Source of the DNA: the human T2T-CHM13v2.0 reference genome, Homo sapiens
Assembly (NCBI RefSeq): GCF_009914755.1
Contig: NC_060932.1
DNA length: 64,000 nucleotides
Direction: 5' to 3' (one strand)
Shown here: positions 34,810 to 50,007 of the stretch, piece after piece
Layout of the letters: each line of letters opens with the position of its first letter
Numbering within the stretch: the first letter of the stretch is position 1
Notes under the pieces: generated by a model
Seen by the model: the letters and a program-made list of their open reading frames with translations, nothing else
The model's database searches: none
What the model was told of the DNA's origin: nothing
Program-made: the position numbers and the translations under genes

Positions 34810-36189
34810 TGAATACCTTTTATGAAGTGCACAAAAATGATAGTATTTGTAGAGCACACTGAGGCAAGCTATGGAAAAGATTTGAAGGCATTTATATAGT
34901 ATTTGGTGACATATAATTATAAAAACTAAAATGTAAAATTTTAAATGTAGATTTTACCAAAATGTAGATTTTGATAAAACAGCACAAATTTTGAAGTACA
35001 AATTTTGAAGAGCTTGCTTCTGTTTCTATTTTAGAGAGTTACACAAAATTTCTATTTCAGTGATTATCTGTCCAAAATTCCAATAGATGCCATTATCAAG
35101 AAATTGTTTACCCAAATAGTTAATAAAGTTAAAGAATATTCTTACAATCATTTAAAGACTTTGACAATTGAAATTATATTTTGTATTTTGTTATAATTTT
35201 TCCCCTTTCATTGACAAATGTAATATTAAAGATTCTTGCAATAATATAAGTTGATTTTGGATTCCAATTTGCCTTTCTCACATCAAACATTTCAAGTTGA
35301 TAAAATTTTTGAACAATAATCTGTAATTATTATGCATACATTATAAGAGCAGTCACCCTACAGCAATCTTGGATGCCTTTAAATGGTAAATTAGCCAAAA
35401 TGCAAAGATGAATATTTGGGAACATCACTTATAACATTAATTACAGAAGCCCCAAAGAGGCTCCTTTCTTCCCCCACCCTCCACACTAGCACTCCCTGGA
35501 CACCTGAAACAGGACCGTCTCCAGCAGCCCTCTCTACAATGCAGCACTGGACAACAGCTGTTGAAGTGGGTGCCCCGGGAGAACAGCACCTCCTTGGCTC
35601 ACTCAGAGCAGAGCAGCAAGTGCTGGGTTCTCCTCCCTTTTTGCTGCCAGCAATTATCACTGGATACCTCTTTAGAGCCACTTCTCCTGGGGTGACCTCC
35701 TAGGATCTTCAAATCAGGCTGCTGGTCATAAAAAATATTTTGCCTCATTTCCTATACCCCTAGGTCCTGGCTTGGCCACTAAGGGCTGAGTTGATAACTT
35801 CCTTTCAGAAATTTGTAGTTTATTTCCATTAGTGTGCTAAAGTACAGGGATTGGGCCATTTCTTTCTTATAACTAGTAGTACCTTCTCTGTGGATGGAAG
35901 TAAGAGGGCTCCTAGGCAAGGTGCCTGCAAAGTTATGCCAGTTTCTTTGAGAATATAGAGAATATTCTCAGGATATAGAATGGAAAATTGAAGTCAGATC
36001 TAGGACAAAAATTCCAGGACGTAAGATTGAATTTCAGGGCTCTAAGCAACAAGATGCTTCATCTTCTATATGCCGTGAATACTACCATTCTCTACCAGTA
36101 ATAGAAAAGACATTGTCAGCATCTGCACCCATCTCTTTCTGTATTTTTTGAGTTATCTGGCATTTCCATATTTTGCTGACAGGCCAAGG

Positions 36190-36820
36190 TGAAAGTCCCC
36201 ATCGTTTCATACCTGGACATCCCTACATTGTAACTCTGCATGCTCCTCCATTCCCCAGTACATTGTCTACACTGCAGCCAGACTGACCTTTTACAAATGC
36301 AGACCAGATTATAACACAGGCTGCTGAAAACCTTTCATATCTTACTATTTTTCTTAGGAAAAAGAACAGAAATCCTTAATATGGCTTTAAAGTTTTTATG
36401 TTTTATTTTCTGCTTAATTCTCCAGCCTTAAAATATTCTACTCTCCTCTGGCTGGGCAGCCATGGTGGCTTCTGTCATGTCCTTTAACATGGCCTGTACC
36501 CTTCTTGGCTCTCACCCTGCCCACAGTCTCCAACACATATTCACCTTTCAGAGCTCAGAACATAGGCCATCTAGAAAAATCCTCAGTTGAGTCAGGTTCT
36601 GCTGTTTTATATTTTCAAGACATTATATACCTTTCCTTCAGGACACATTACAGTTTATAATCATACATTCATAAGTACCATCATTTGTTTAATCTCTCCC
36701 ACTCCCTACTGTAAGCTGCATGAGAGCAAGACATTTGCCTTTTTTTGTTATTTATTCTAGATTGAGAACTGACACTTAGTAAGCACATGACCAATGGCTG
36801 ATGAGTGTTGCTGAATATCT
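36190..36820 (+). mobile_element. L2 fragment
   Basis: ctacactgcagccagactgacctttt..ctgtaagctgcatgagagcaagac..gacacttagtaagcac. Confidence 0.55.
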
Positions 36821-38979
36821 GAAAATATGGGCTCATAAAAATTCTACCAAACCCAAATCATTATTTGAATAATTTGGATACTGTAGAAGCATTCTGAGAA
36901 GAAATAATGCCAGTAGCATGAAATATACTTAATGCCTATTTGAAAAATCTTCAGGCAACACTTTCCTATTTTTGGTTTAGATTTTTTAAGGGAAAATTAA
37001 AGCTATTACTTAAGTAATTCAGATCACAGATTTTTTTAAAAAGTGCCAAATTCCACTTTGATGTGAGATTGATAATGACAGGTAGGAGTAAAGTGAATTT
37101 GTTCTATATGACCCGAATAATTGTGTCAGTTATCCATTTAACATGTGGTTGTCCATGTAATGGTGTGTTGGTGTGTTGGTTGCTTTACACATGCCTGAAT
37201 ATTTAAGGAATCCTCCAGGGTGTCTGAATGTAATTAAAGTATGACATAAGCATTTTAAAAAAATGAAATGATTAAATCTCTACTTTCTCAATGACCTCTT
37301 CCATGTTAACAAGATTACAATTAGGGATGTGGAGGATCTAAAGGGCCTTTAAGTTGAAATCTATCAAGCTTAGTAGCCATGTAGCCTGGCTGACGGGCTG
37401 AGTTGATTGTTGGCTTAAGTTGAACATGGCATAAGGATTGTGCTCTCCTTTTCCATAGTGCTGGGGTTTTGGAGGACTTTGGTGCACTGATGCCTTCTGA
37501 TTGCCTTGTTCTGCTTCCTGTCATTGTTAACATGGGCACGAGGAAGAGAGAGTAACTCATATTTGAATTAAAGACCAGTTCAAAATTAGAACAGATACCT
37601 ATTACAAAAGATATGGCCTTGGGGATTGGTGAGAGATGCAGAGATGAGGGAAGCATAATACCAAAGGAAACGAAGCATCTGGAGAACCCAGGAACTCTTT
37701 GGACAAAAGTCTTTGTATGAAAGCAGAAACTAAACATTCGTTCAAGGGCTTGGATGGTCCAAAGAAATAAAACATAACTACCTCGAGAAATGAGAGGAAG
37801 AAAAAAATGTGATAATCTCTAAGTCCAGGTTAAAATATCAAACTATGTTCGTGTGGCTCAGATGAACGTTGGAGATGAAAAATATTTTGTCAGAAGCCGA
37901 TAGATGTGGAAGGTTGTGGTGGTGGTGAGCTTCCTTTTTCAGCCTAGCTCCTTGTTCAGCTAATTCAGTAAAAACTGCTTGGGGCAAAGCCTAATTGGCA
38001 AACCGGAAAATTGGGCATTTTGAGGGCGACTTCTGATTAGTCTGGATCTCCACAATTCAGGCTCCAAAGTACTTAGAAGGTGTTTTTTAATTCTGAGTGA
38101 TGATCAAAGGTTACCAACTGTATGAGAATTGAAGTTTACTTTCTAGGAGTTCAGTAGTAGGATAAAGAAGGTGCTTAATAGAGTTGCAGTTAGAGAAATA
38201 TTAGAAGGTATAATTCAAGAGACAATGAAATTGTGTAAGTCTGACCTTTGGTGTTGATTCTTCTCTGAAAATGGTTGCAATCAAAAACAGCAAAGAAGAC
38301 TGTGGTGGCCCAGGAAGCAGAAAATTGCTGGAAAAAGAAAAAAAAATTGGTATCTTGTTTGATGGCATAGACAGGAGCTCCATGGTTTTCCAGTAGTCTG
38401 ATGGGAGAGAGCATTTTACTTGAAAAAAATTGTGAAGGCTTTTTAAAGGAAAATCCCCCTCCAGTTCACTGTTTTATTGAACGAGGACTTTTTGAGTTCC
38501 TCTTATGTCAGCCAGTGTGTTGGTTGCTTTCACACAGATTTGCTCATGAAACTAATTTACTGCCTAGCATACTCTTTCATTAAAATATCACATAAACGTT
38601 TTTAACAAGTTTAAGTTTTTGGCAAGCAACTTATTTGATGACAGAGGCTCTATGCTGTTAGGCCACGGTAAACTGTTAAATATATTAAATGAGCACTTTC
38701 ATAGCAGTTTACTCATTCCTTTATTCCCTGACTCAGCAAATATTTATTGAAGCCAAACGTTAAGAGCCAGGAAGTATTTTTGACATTAGAACTTTCAAAG
38801 TGATTGAAACAAGCAGAGAGGGGCACTTAGCCAGGTTGCAGATAATTACTTTCAGGATGGTTTTCTACAGTAGGTGATGCCTAGGGTGGGGGAGTGTTGG
38901 AAGTGGTCTAGGAGGATGGAAGAGTAAAAGGAAGGTATGAAAAGAGGAAACAGCAAGGGGCCAGCCTTTTGCATTCCAG

Positions 38980-39180
38980 TATAGTGTTAGTCATAGGCTT
39001 CAGGGCTCTCCTTGAGAGCATAGGTACTTAACTTTCAGAGAGCTTACTCCTGTCAGCTGAGGGCAATTCTTTGGAGAAGGGGAGCTACTGGAAGCCTTTT
39101 GCAGCCAACACTCACAGAAGCTGGGGGTGGTGCATTGGCCCAGTACAAGGTATCTGAGTGGTGCACCAAAACAGCGTTGG
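38980..39180. mobile_element. LTR33-like old ERVL LTR fragment
   Basis: gcagccaacactcacagaagctgggg motif, recalled from the LTR33 consensus. Confidence 0.35.
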
Positions 39181-41095
39181 CCAACCACAAGAGTGACTGG
39201 GAGATGAATAATAAATATATCAATGGTCACTCCTCTTTGACAAAGCTTGAATAGGGATGTTTCCCCAGCAACATCCTTAGCCCTGTGCTCACAACTGTTA
39301 TTTCTCTCTAAGCAAAGTCCACTCTCCTCTGCTGCAACTCAGCACCACCTTCTGATGTCCTCATGACTCCCTCACCCATGCATCCAGCCAGGCTTTCTCC
39401 AAATAAATGTTTGTTGAATGGATAAATATACTAGGAATTCTCTGACTGAAGAAGGAGAAAACATAATTACAGGCACAGAAAAGAGTTGTTCGAAGGCATG
39501 TTCAAAAGCTAGGACAATGAATTTATGTCATAGTGGAAGTTCAGGTCTGTTCAGAATGAAAAACAAGTGAAAATGTGCTGGTTGTATCTGATAATAATGC
39601 TAAACACATTTTTTTTCCTAAATCAAAACAGTTATTTTTGTTCAGCTCAAAATAGACTCCCAAGAATACTCCCCTCCTTACCCATTGTTTCCAAGAGAGA
39701 AAATCTGACATATTTAATCAATGGACTGAAAATGAAGTTTCCCTCTTCTCTCCCAGGCAGTGGGCTGCTGCTCTTTCTGGATATTGGGGCAAGAGACAAG
39801 TCAGGCTTGGAAGGGTGTCCTAATATTTGCAAATGTCCATTTTTCTGTCCAAGCACAGAGAAGGTAAAGAGCCAAGAGGAAATGGTTAAGAGGGCTATCT
39901 TGGCAAGCCTTTTACTCCAGAAAGAGGAAAGAATCTTCAGAAAAAGGACAAAAGTGCAAAAAGATTTCTCTGAAAAAAAAAAAAAAAAAGAAAAAAGGGC
40001 AATCCAGCTTAAAAAACTTTGATGATAAGGAACTCTCTAGGGATAGATAGCTAGCAAAAAACATTCGACTGAGCTTCAGAAACAAGTTCTCTGGAAACTG
40101 AAGGACAAAACACTGGCTGGACATTCCTGGCAGTGAGCTACGGATGGCATAACATAGCACCTACATCTCCTTAGCCATTTGTTCTAGTTTGCTCTACATT
40201 AACAATTCACAACAAGAAGAGTGGAAAGTGTTAAGGAGCTACCATTTAGTGCCTCTGACACCTCAGCTACTATGCAAGTTGTTTCCTGTAGCCTACTTCA
40301 TTTGATCCTCAGACTGACTTGCTATCTTCTTTGTAAAAATGAGGAAACGAGAGCTCAGAGATTCAATAATTTGCCCAGCTTCATATATTTATTGAGTGGC
40401 ATGTGCTCTCATCTATGCTTAAATGTAATTATGTGTACTTAAAGGCAAATATCGTTCTCCATTTTCCACATATCCAAGATTTTAGGGATGATAGGGTTTC
40501 TCTGAGTTATGGTTGGTAATAAAAAAGAAACTTTTTCGTATTAGAGTAGTTTGAGGATAGAGCAATTATCATGTAAGGTATACTGCTCAGAGTCTATGCC
40601 CACCTCATTCAGGCCACTCTAACAATAAACACAGGCCTTTTGGCCTGGCGGGCTAGATAGTCCCTGTGACAGCCAGACTCCTCATTTGGTTATCTGTGGA
40701 GTAGAAGGGAAATTAAATATACATCAGCATCTTTTCCAACAACAAATCTTAAGAGATTATTGCTAGTTATAGCAGCAATGGTTTCTGGTATAGAAGAATA
40801 AATAGAAAACAATGTTTGGTGTATTTGAATAATTAGTTCTATCCTTTTTTCTGAAAGCTTTGAGAGTTACTTGATTTGTTTTTTATTCTTTTGACTTGAA
40901 ATTGAGAGGCATATTTCTACTTTTTTGATTCTTAAACATTTAAGATTCTTCTACCTTTTATGACATAGAGGTTTAATATAATTACCTAATCATATATTTA
41001 CCTGTTTAAGGTACTTCAACAGCTGTTGATGTGATGGTTTCTGTGAATTGGTAGAAAGATTTTGGACCAGTAGTAATAACTTCTCAAAAACCCTC

Positions 41096-41480
41096 TGTCT
41101 TAGTTTGGGCTGCTATAACAAAAATGCCTTAGACTGGGTAATTTATCAATGACAGAAATTTATTTCCTGTATTTTTGGAGGATGGGGAGTCCAAGGTCAA
41201 GGCACCAGCAGATTCAGTGTCTGGTGAGGACTTGCTGTGCTTCAGAGATGGTGCCTACTTGCTGCATCCTCACATGGCAGAAGGGGCAAATGCTGTGTCT
41301 TCACATGGTGAAAAGGACAAACATGCTCCCTTCACCTTCTTTTATATGGGCACAAATCTCATTCATGAGGCCCTCATGATTTAATAATTTCCCCAAAGAT
41401 CCCACCTCTTAACACTATTGCATTAAGGGTTCAGTTTCAACATATAAATTTGGAGGGACACAAACATTTAGACCATAGCA
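41096..41480 (-). mobile_element. MaLR solo LTR (MSTD/MLT1A-like)
   Basis: tgtcttagtttgggctgctataaca..gtccaaggtcaaggcaccagcagatt..gacacaaacatttagaccatagca. Confidence 0.8.
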
Positions 41481-42419
41481 GCCTCCTTATTTTACTTAGG
41501 AGTATATCAAGCATACTCAGCAAGAGAAGCTGAAGAGGATGAGAGCCCTCTAGCTTAGACATCACAACACCTCTATGAGGCCATTTTTCCACTCATTGCT
41601 CCTTTGCAGGCGATCCTTATGATCTGGGCATCCCTCCCCTTGAGCTGACTGTGGCTGTCGGAGGACGTATTGATAGTGGCTTCTCCTGGACCACAGCATG
41701 ACTGCACAGGTTTCTCCAAGACTCTCGCCAGGGAGATCCAGAGGAGCAAGTTTGGTCTCAGGGTGCCACCAGCAGGATGTGTGGCCACCAGAGCCTGCGT
41801 TTGTGATTGGGGCTTATTATCCTATAGTGGCCCCGCAGTTTCTTTCAGGGGAGAGCCTGCTTGGCCCGTGTCTCTCCCTGAGTGCTATACTTACCTCTCA
41901 TCAGCTCATTTATTTTCCAAATCTTCTCTGAGGTGCTGTTATCTTACCTAGGGATTGAAAAAAAAACTTACTTAGGGAGAAAAAAGTTATATTAATTCTG
42001 GAAATAAAAGCATTTTAAACTTCAGGCTTAAAAATTATAATTTGCTGCATATTTGAAAGTAAAACACATACAACATCTAAATGTAAATATATTTGGTATG
42101 ACTTTAATGTTATCCTTCACCAATATTCTGTATGTAATTCTGAATATTTAGGTTGCCAGTGCTAGCCTTTCCCCATTTCCCTGGGTGAGATAATTATCAT
42201 GGGAACTGGAAGAAATATTATACATGGCTCTTTTCTCTGAAGACAAACTTCTTATCTTGGCATAATCAGCTCGTGTTGATCGGACCCCTACCTCACTGTT
42301 TTTATAATAGTCTCTGTTTTATGATATAGCCAATGACTCCCAGGCTGTCTCTGTTTTCTGGCTCTCATCTCACCACTCCTCACTAGTCTGGTTCAACCTT
42401 CAGGACTCAACTGTGATAA

Positions 42420-42782
<363 letters not shown>

Positions 42783-45700
42783 TAATTCCTCATTAGGTGC
42801 TTCTAGTGTACGTTACTCTCCATTGTGACACCCCTGGTGGTAGTTCTTAGGCATTATGACTTGTCAGGCACAAGTAAGAAAAAGTCAGCACTCTGGTACC
42901 AGGTACTCACAAGCTACTTTTGTTGTTGCTGTTGTTCTGGCTTATTCCCATTCCCTAATCACAAGGCTCCTCCTCAGAATGCCATCTTACCTTGCTAAAT
43001 GACGGCAGAGATTGATTTCTAGCATTGTCATGTCACTTGCATGAGTTGTACTTGTTATGCGTTTCCTAGGCTCAATGTACTACTAGTTCTGTTACATCTG
43101 TTTAGGTATTTGTTTGCATGTGTACTGTTCATTGGGGCTGCACTCAGCATTGATGCTGAGTACGCTAAAGATAGTAACTTAGTTCTAGGCTTATATTGTT
43201 GATTGTCCTGATAGATGTATTGGTATGCAATTGGCTGGTTATAAAGACATTCAGAGATGTAACTATGAGCCTTTGACTACTACAAGGATGAAGAACATAA
43301 TGGAGATATAATGCTCTGTAAACTTAAGAATGGTTTGTACATTTCTAAGTTGGTTAATGCAGTCTTTCATTGGCTTATTCAACAATCACTGGGCACATTA
43401 GATGTACCGAGCCTCTTTTAAGAGGGAGAATGAAAGTTAAATTAATAGTTTCTTTCCTTAAATATCTGGGAGCCTAATGGAGGAGGAGGAGGACATTAAG
43501 TTATTTCAGTAAGGTGGAGAGGCTTGATTCTCATTTTACTATCTATTCTAACACTTGTAGAAAGCATGCTTGCTCTTCAGATTTAGGCTTCCTGAAATGT
43601 AGGGAGGGCATGCTATTGGAGAATTCAGGAACTAGCAATACTTAGAACAGGCATTCAGGAAAGAGATTTCAGTTTAGGTTGGAGAAAGGGATTGAAAAGA
43701 CTTGCCAGTTCCCAGAATTAGAAAGACCAGATTACCAGTGTATTAGTAAGCTATTAATTGAGGCAGAGACAACAAGGCAGAGGTTTACATAGACAACCTA
43801 TGCCCAAATAGTCGGGCCAAAGGCAGGAGAAACTTGTTGCTGACATCATGTAGTATTTGACAGATTATAACCCGTCACCTGTATCTTTACTTATAAGCTG
43901 TCATAATTTAGAACTCTTGCAAAATAATTTCTTAATACATTCTTAATACATTTTCACCTTAAATTTTTTTTTGAGTTTTACTATCGTTTTCAAGTAGCAG
44001 CAGCAATTATTGTAATATTTACTCAGTGCTTAATCTTGGGATGAGTCCCCTTGGGGACTTATATGGCTTAATATAGTCAAAATTACACTTTTGTTACCAT
44101 GAGTGAGTAAAGACATTATCTTTAAGGAAGCAACATCATGTAATCTGTTAATACACTGCTCTTATTCAATTTATAAGACCACTGTATACAATCAGGAGAC
44201 ATCTACCACTACTTCATAGGTATCGCAAGACAGAAACGGACAACGAAATCTGAGGGGTCCATAGCTTTATGCTAGTCATGCTAGATTCACTGAGATTTTG
44301 GCAGGGCAATTGATTGATTGATTAATTGATCCACTCTTTCCTCAAGTATTTATTGAATGTCAGATATGGACATTATGTCAGGAATATGGCTTATTTTTAT
44401 TCAAAAGAAGGAAAATGTATATTCATTAGTCTAATTTTTATCTAATAATTCCATGAAGAACAAGGTAAGTTACAGTGAAAATGACTTATTAGGATTTTAG
44501 AGAAATTTGGGGGGTTGGGGGTGAATGGAAATGTGAGAAAAAGGGAGAACAGCATACCAAAAGGGTATTATGGTCTCATTTGACTGAATACTTATAACAG
44601 TTCCACAATTGTAGAATTATGAAATATTTATGGGTACCTATTATGTGCAAATCACTATATTAGGTACAGAAAGCACAAAAACAGATTTTTTTTTTTTTTT
44701 ACCGTCAGGAAGGTTTACCTCTAGTGAATTGCATTAAACATACATAAATAAATATAACATGAGATGAAGTTTGTCAGGTGTCTAGGAGATATTTGAAAGA
44801 GTACATTTTCAGCTCTTTGGGTATTTGGAGGCCCAATGGAGATGTCATTTGCACTGGTCCTTAATTACTGGATAAGTTTGGGATCCACAGATATAGAAAG
44901 AAAGAGAATTACAAGTGAAAGGAGCTGTAAGCAAAACCATAAAGACAATAAATTAAAGGACATGCACAGAACACAATTTGTTCCACTTGGCTAGAGTCGA
45001 GGGAAATAAAGTTCGAAATTCAAACTGGGGTCATCTTTAATGCCAGGCTGAAGAATTTGACCTTTATTTAATAGGCAATGAAAAATGTTGCTTATCAATG
45101 TCAACACGTAATTCGTGGCTGGATTACGCAGCAGGATTTTATCAATCTATGTCATCATGACCTCTGAAATCCAACCTTTGGTCAGGAGCATATATTGATG
45201 TCTAAGAACTTTAGGATTAACTTCCCCAGGGAAATTTATAGCACAGCTTTAGATTTGATTCTTTAGAGAATTTTTATTTGAGGCAATATAAAAGTCTGAT
45301 GTGTGTTGACTACAAGTTTTAAAATAAATGGTGGAATGCTTTTGGTTTGCCAATTTCTGAAAAGTAAAATAATGACATATTAAGTAATGGAAATGTGGGA
45401 ATTAAAACTTTCACAGAAAGAGCAAACAAACTCATCATTTCTTTCCTTATCTCTGTTTCTGTGTCAGGCCCTCTTCCTGGCTCATGTCTTGTCCTCCAAG
45501 ATGTCCTCAGTTGCCTCTATTTCAGTTCTTTTTTCTTTCCATGAGGGGTGAGACACCATTTTAGAACTTAGTAAGCCACGCTTGGCCTCAGTGTCCGAAA
45601 ATAATTGGAGTAATTTCATTTTGTTTCTTCTAGAGGGGGATCCAGAAGGTTCAGAAGTTGACCTGTTCTTTACTTACCTTTCTGTAGACTTTACCTTGTT

Positions 45701-46254
45701 CCAAGTCCTGCTGGGATGATAGCCTTTAATGTATTTATCACTGTGTGGTGCTCCAATAATCCACCAATTCTGCAAATTTTTGTCCTTGAATTTAGGATGC
45801 TTTTACATTTTTTCTCGGAAAACAGTTTTACCAGCTGGCAGTCTGAGTTAACTAAGTTCCATATATAAATTTATGCAGGAAGGAGAGGGAGAAGAAAATA
45901 TGCAGGAATGAAAACAAATATTTGAATGCAGTGTAATAGCTCAAAGCGCGAATCCAAGATAGGTCAAGTTAGAGTGATTTTTAAAAAGATCTTCAAATTT
46001 CAGAATACTTTATGATATTCTCTGCCAAAAACTCTGGGTTTTCATCAGTGTCTTTCACCATTTTATGGCTCTTAGTGGTGTTTTGTGGTCCATAAATTTA
46101 ATATATTGTCCATGCTACCTATCGTATACCCTGAGATAAATTCCCAGACCACATTGGCACACTGAGAGCAGCACATTAAATGCCTCTCCCTGATTTTTCA
46201 TGCCCTTTCCATCCATCAAGCAAGCCTATACAAAATACCTTTTATGTGTTAACA

Positions 46255-46410
46255 TGCTAGATACTCTATGGCACCACTTTTCAGAATTTATTGTGATAAA
46301 AATGAACTGGAGGTATATTATGATGCAGATTCTGAAGTCTGGGTTGGGACCTGAAGGTCTGCATTTCTAATATGCTCACAGCTATGTTGGTAGAGGGACC
46401 ACACTTTGGG
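46255..46410. mobile_element. MER5-like fragment
   Basis: gcagattctga..gtctgggttgggacctga..tctgcatttctaa..gggaccacacttt. Confidence 0.55.
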
Positions 46411-47314
46411 TGGCAGGGCTCTTTGGGATTATCTTTAATAAAGAACTCATAATATAATGGGGTCATTAGGCACATCAAAAGCAAATATAAGGCAATCTGA
46501 ATACAGTGATACACATATTTCATTGAGAATAGAAAGGAAGAAAGGATTCATTTTGTGGAGAGTAGGAGAAATTCAGAAAGGTTTCATAGAAGAGGAAACT
46601 TATTAAACTGGGTCTAGGAAGATGTGAAGGATCTGAGCAGGCATGGAAGATTTTCCAGATGGAAGGACTACATGTCAGAATCCATGGGCTCCGTAGACCC
46701 AAGTGGCTGGGACTTAGGGTGTACATGGAAAAGAGGTTGGAGATAGGACTGAAAAGGGAGCCAGCTTAATTAGCTTATTTCTTCCAGGATACACATGCAA
46801 ACACATTCAGGAATTTTGTGAGAGATGGGGGGTGAAAATTAAATAAAACAAACACTCAAACACACACATGTGCGTGCACACACACACACACACGATCCTG
46901 GTCAAAGTTGCCATATTGCTTGCTCACAAATCAGTTTTATCTTCAGAAAAACACAGCCAATTTTAACAGAGAATTTTTGTCCTTAAGCCATGTTTTAACT
47001 TTATAACGTGGAGTTTTTAAAGGAAATATAAATAGCACACTTTGGAGAACTTTCATGAGTATCACTCTGAAAAACATACATAAGCTTTCTAAGATTCTTC
47101 TAGCAAGCTTCTTCAAATCTCCCCTACTCTCCTCCCTCCTTAGAATGTAGTTGCTTTGTAAGTGGGACCTCATGTTTACAGATAAGGTCTACATTTTTGG
47201 GTATGGCATGAATAGTCCTTTATGATTTGGTTCCAACTTATCTTTCTAGCCTATCGCTTACTGTATTTCCCTTCAATGCTCTACTTTACCATCTAAGTGG
47301 AATATTTACCTTTT

Positions 47315-48630
47315 ATTAATTGAAAAATAAATTCATGGAATGCCTTCTATGTGCCAGAATATGTGTTTGACTCTAGGGATATAGTTTTGAACCCAGCAGA
47401 TGTGGAACCTGCTTTAAAGGAGCTCATATTCTCATGGCATTGATAGATATTTACAAGTAAATGCAATAAATTGTGATGAGTATTATAAAAGAACAAAAAA
47501 TTATAGGGATATTACTTACAATGGGAATCAGTGTACACATTCCTGAAGAAGTGATGTTTGAGCTCCTGAAAAATAAAGGGAGTTATCAGAGGGATGGTTG
47601 ATGGAAGTTGGGGAGAGATAGAGAGAGAACAGCACACACAAAATGAAGTATCCTAGGCTAATGAGAAAGTGTGGAGCCTTCAAATCTTCAAATAATTGTG
47701 ACAAATTCAATATTATTTGATATAAAAGTATGAGAGAGAAATGAGAGCTAGAAGGGGCCAGTTGCAGAAGGCTTTGTACACTGTGTAATCAACATAAACA
47801 TGCTGAGGGTAATGAAAACCAATGAAGGGTTTTAAGCAGGGAACTTACATAAACAACTTTACATTTTGACACTATCATACAGGCTGCAGGATGGAGGATG
47901 ACTTGAAGGGGATGAAACTAGAGGTGAGAGATCAGCTCTTGCAATTGCTCAGGTGAAATATGCTGATGTTTTGTATGACAGTGGTGGCAGTAGAAATGGA
48001 GAGTAGATAATTTCACATAGGAGGATTTTGGGGAGTAGTGTGGATACAGGAGACAAAGAAGTCAGTGATGACACCAATATTTCAGGTTTGGGCAGGTATT
48101 ATTTATTAAGCTGGGGAAGCAATGAGAAACACTGTCTCTGAGGGGAAGAAGATAACTTCACATTTGGACACGTGCTTGATGGTCTCTTGGAATACCTAAA
48201 TAAAGATGTAGAGTGGGAGTGAGGGATATATGTTCAGAACTAAGTGGCGAACTAAGTGGGGAATTTATTAATCTGGGCATCATCAGGATACGGATGAAAT
48301 CGAAAGCCATGGAAATATATGTGATTGCTTTGGGGGAGTATGTAGAGTGAGAAGGTTGAAAGGCTGAGGACTGAGTCCTGGAGAATATGAACATTAGGTC
48401 ATGAGCAAAAACAAACAAACAAAGCCTATAAAGTGGCTTGGGAATGAGCTACCAATAGCAAGAGGAAAATTCGGAGAGACTGAGTCCTTAGAAAACAAAG
48501 GAAGAGAGTATTTCAAGAAGGAAAAGTATTTCTATGGGTAAATAGGTTTGAGTAGCCTTGAGATCCACATTTGAAAAGTGTCTGTTCTTTTGAGGGCTTG
48601 ATTTGTCATGGGTGATCTTGGTCAATGTTA
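47315..48630 (-). mobile_element. Long degenerate L2 fragment
   Basis: aattcatggaatgccttctatgtgccag..gaagggttttaagcaggg..aggctgaggactgagtcctgg. Confidence 0.7.
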
Positions 48631-49621
48631 AAACTCTTTCTTTCTCCTGCCTTTCAGCCCATGTTTATATTATATTTTCAATTCCTCTGTAGAATTCCAT
48701 CCACATTTTAAGATTTAGTTAAAGTTGAATCTGCTTTATAAAAATCTTTTTGATCCTCCATTCAGAGACACATTCTCACTTTTATGTTCATCTGTCATTT
48801 TATACACCTTATATGATCTTTGTAACAGGCTACCTTTCCTTTCATCATTTGGGCATACATATCCTAATAATCCAGAAAGTTTTTTAGGTACAGAAACTCT
48901 GCCTTGAATGGGAAGATAATAGCTCAAATTATGAGGATCGCACAACTGGTCACATAGAGTTATTATTTATCTTTGCAGAATTTTAAGACACCCAACCTAA
49001 TAATGTAGTCCAGGGCTCTGGGAAGGCAGGAATTGTGTTTCATTTCTGTAAATTGTTTTATCCTCATTGCTTAGCCCATGATATATATGAAACTCCTGTT
49101 AAAAATGTTCTTGCATATTTTCTTTCACATTTTATTTTTTCTCTGTTGAAAAAGTGATTTCAATTATGTTCCTATTGGACATTTTAGTATTTTTGACAAA
49201 TTCTAGGTTGTGTCATGGCATTATTATTTCATTATCTTCACAACTTTCATTAAACATACTTTTTTTTTTATCAAAGTCCCCAGTAAGCAATAATAGAGCT
49301 GATGTGGACATTTGTATCCATTGAACTAGTCTGCAAGTGGAATGACATCGTTACACACTGGTATTCCCTTTTTCCAGTAACACTTTGAATGAGAGCCACT
49401 TGAGCCATGGTGGTACTTACGTGGGTTTTGCTTGTCACAGTCCCATCATGGTTTCAGATGTCACCAACAGCTCCTTTAATGCCTTTATTAATGTTTGATC
49501 ACTTAGGTTCTATCTTACTTTCACTTCTTTAATCCATAGTTTGAAAGCAAGAGCATTTAAATTAATTATTCCCTTCTCAACATGGAGCTTCTCTCAATGC
49601 GGAAATAAGGGTAGACACTGA

Positions 49622-50007
<386 letters not shown>

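Noticed and set aside
39567-40022. 151-aa ORF
   Set aside because: Non-ATG start, runs through a poly(A) tract, no recognisable domain
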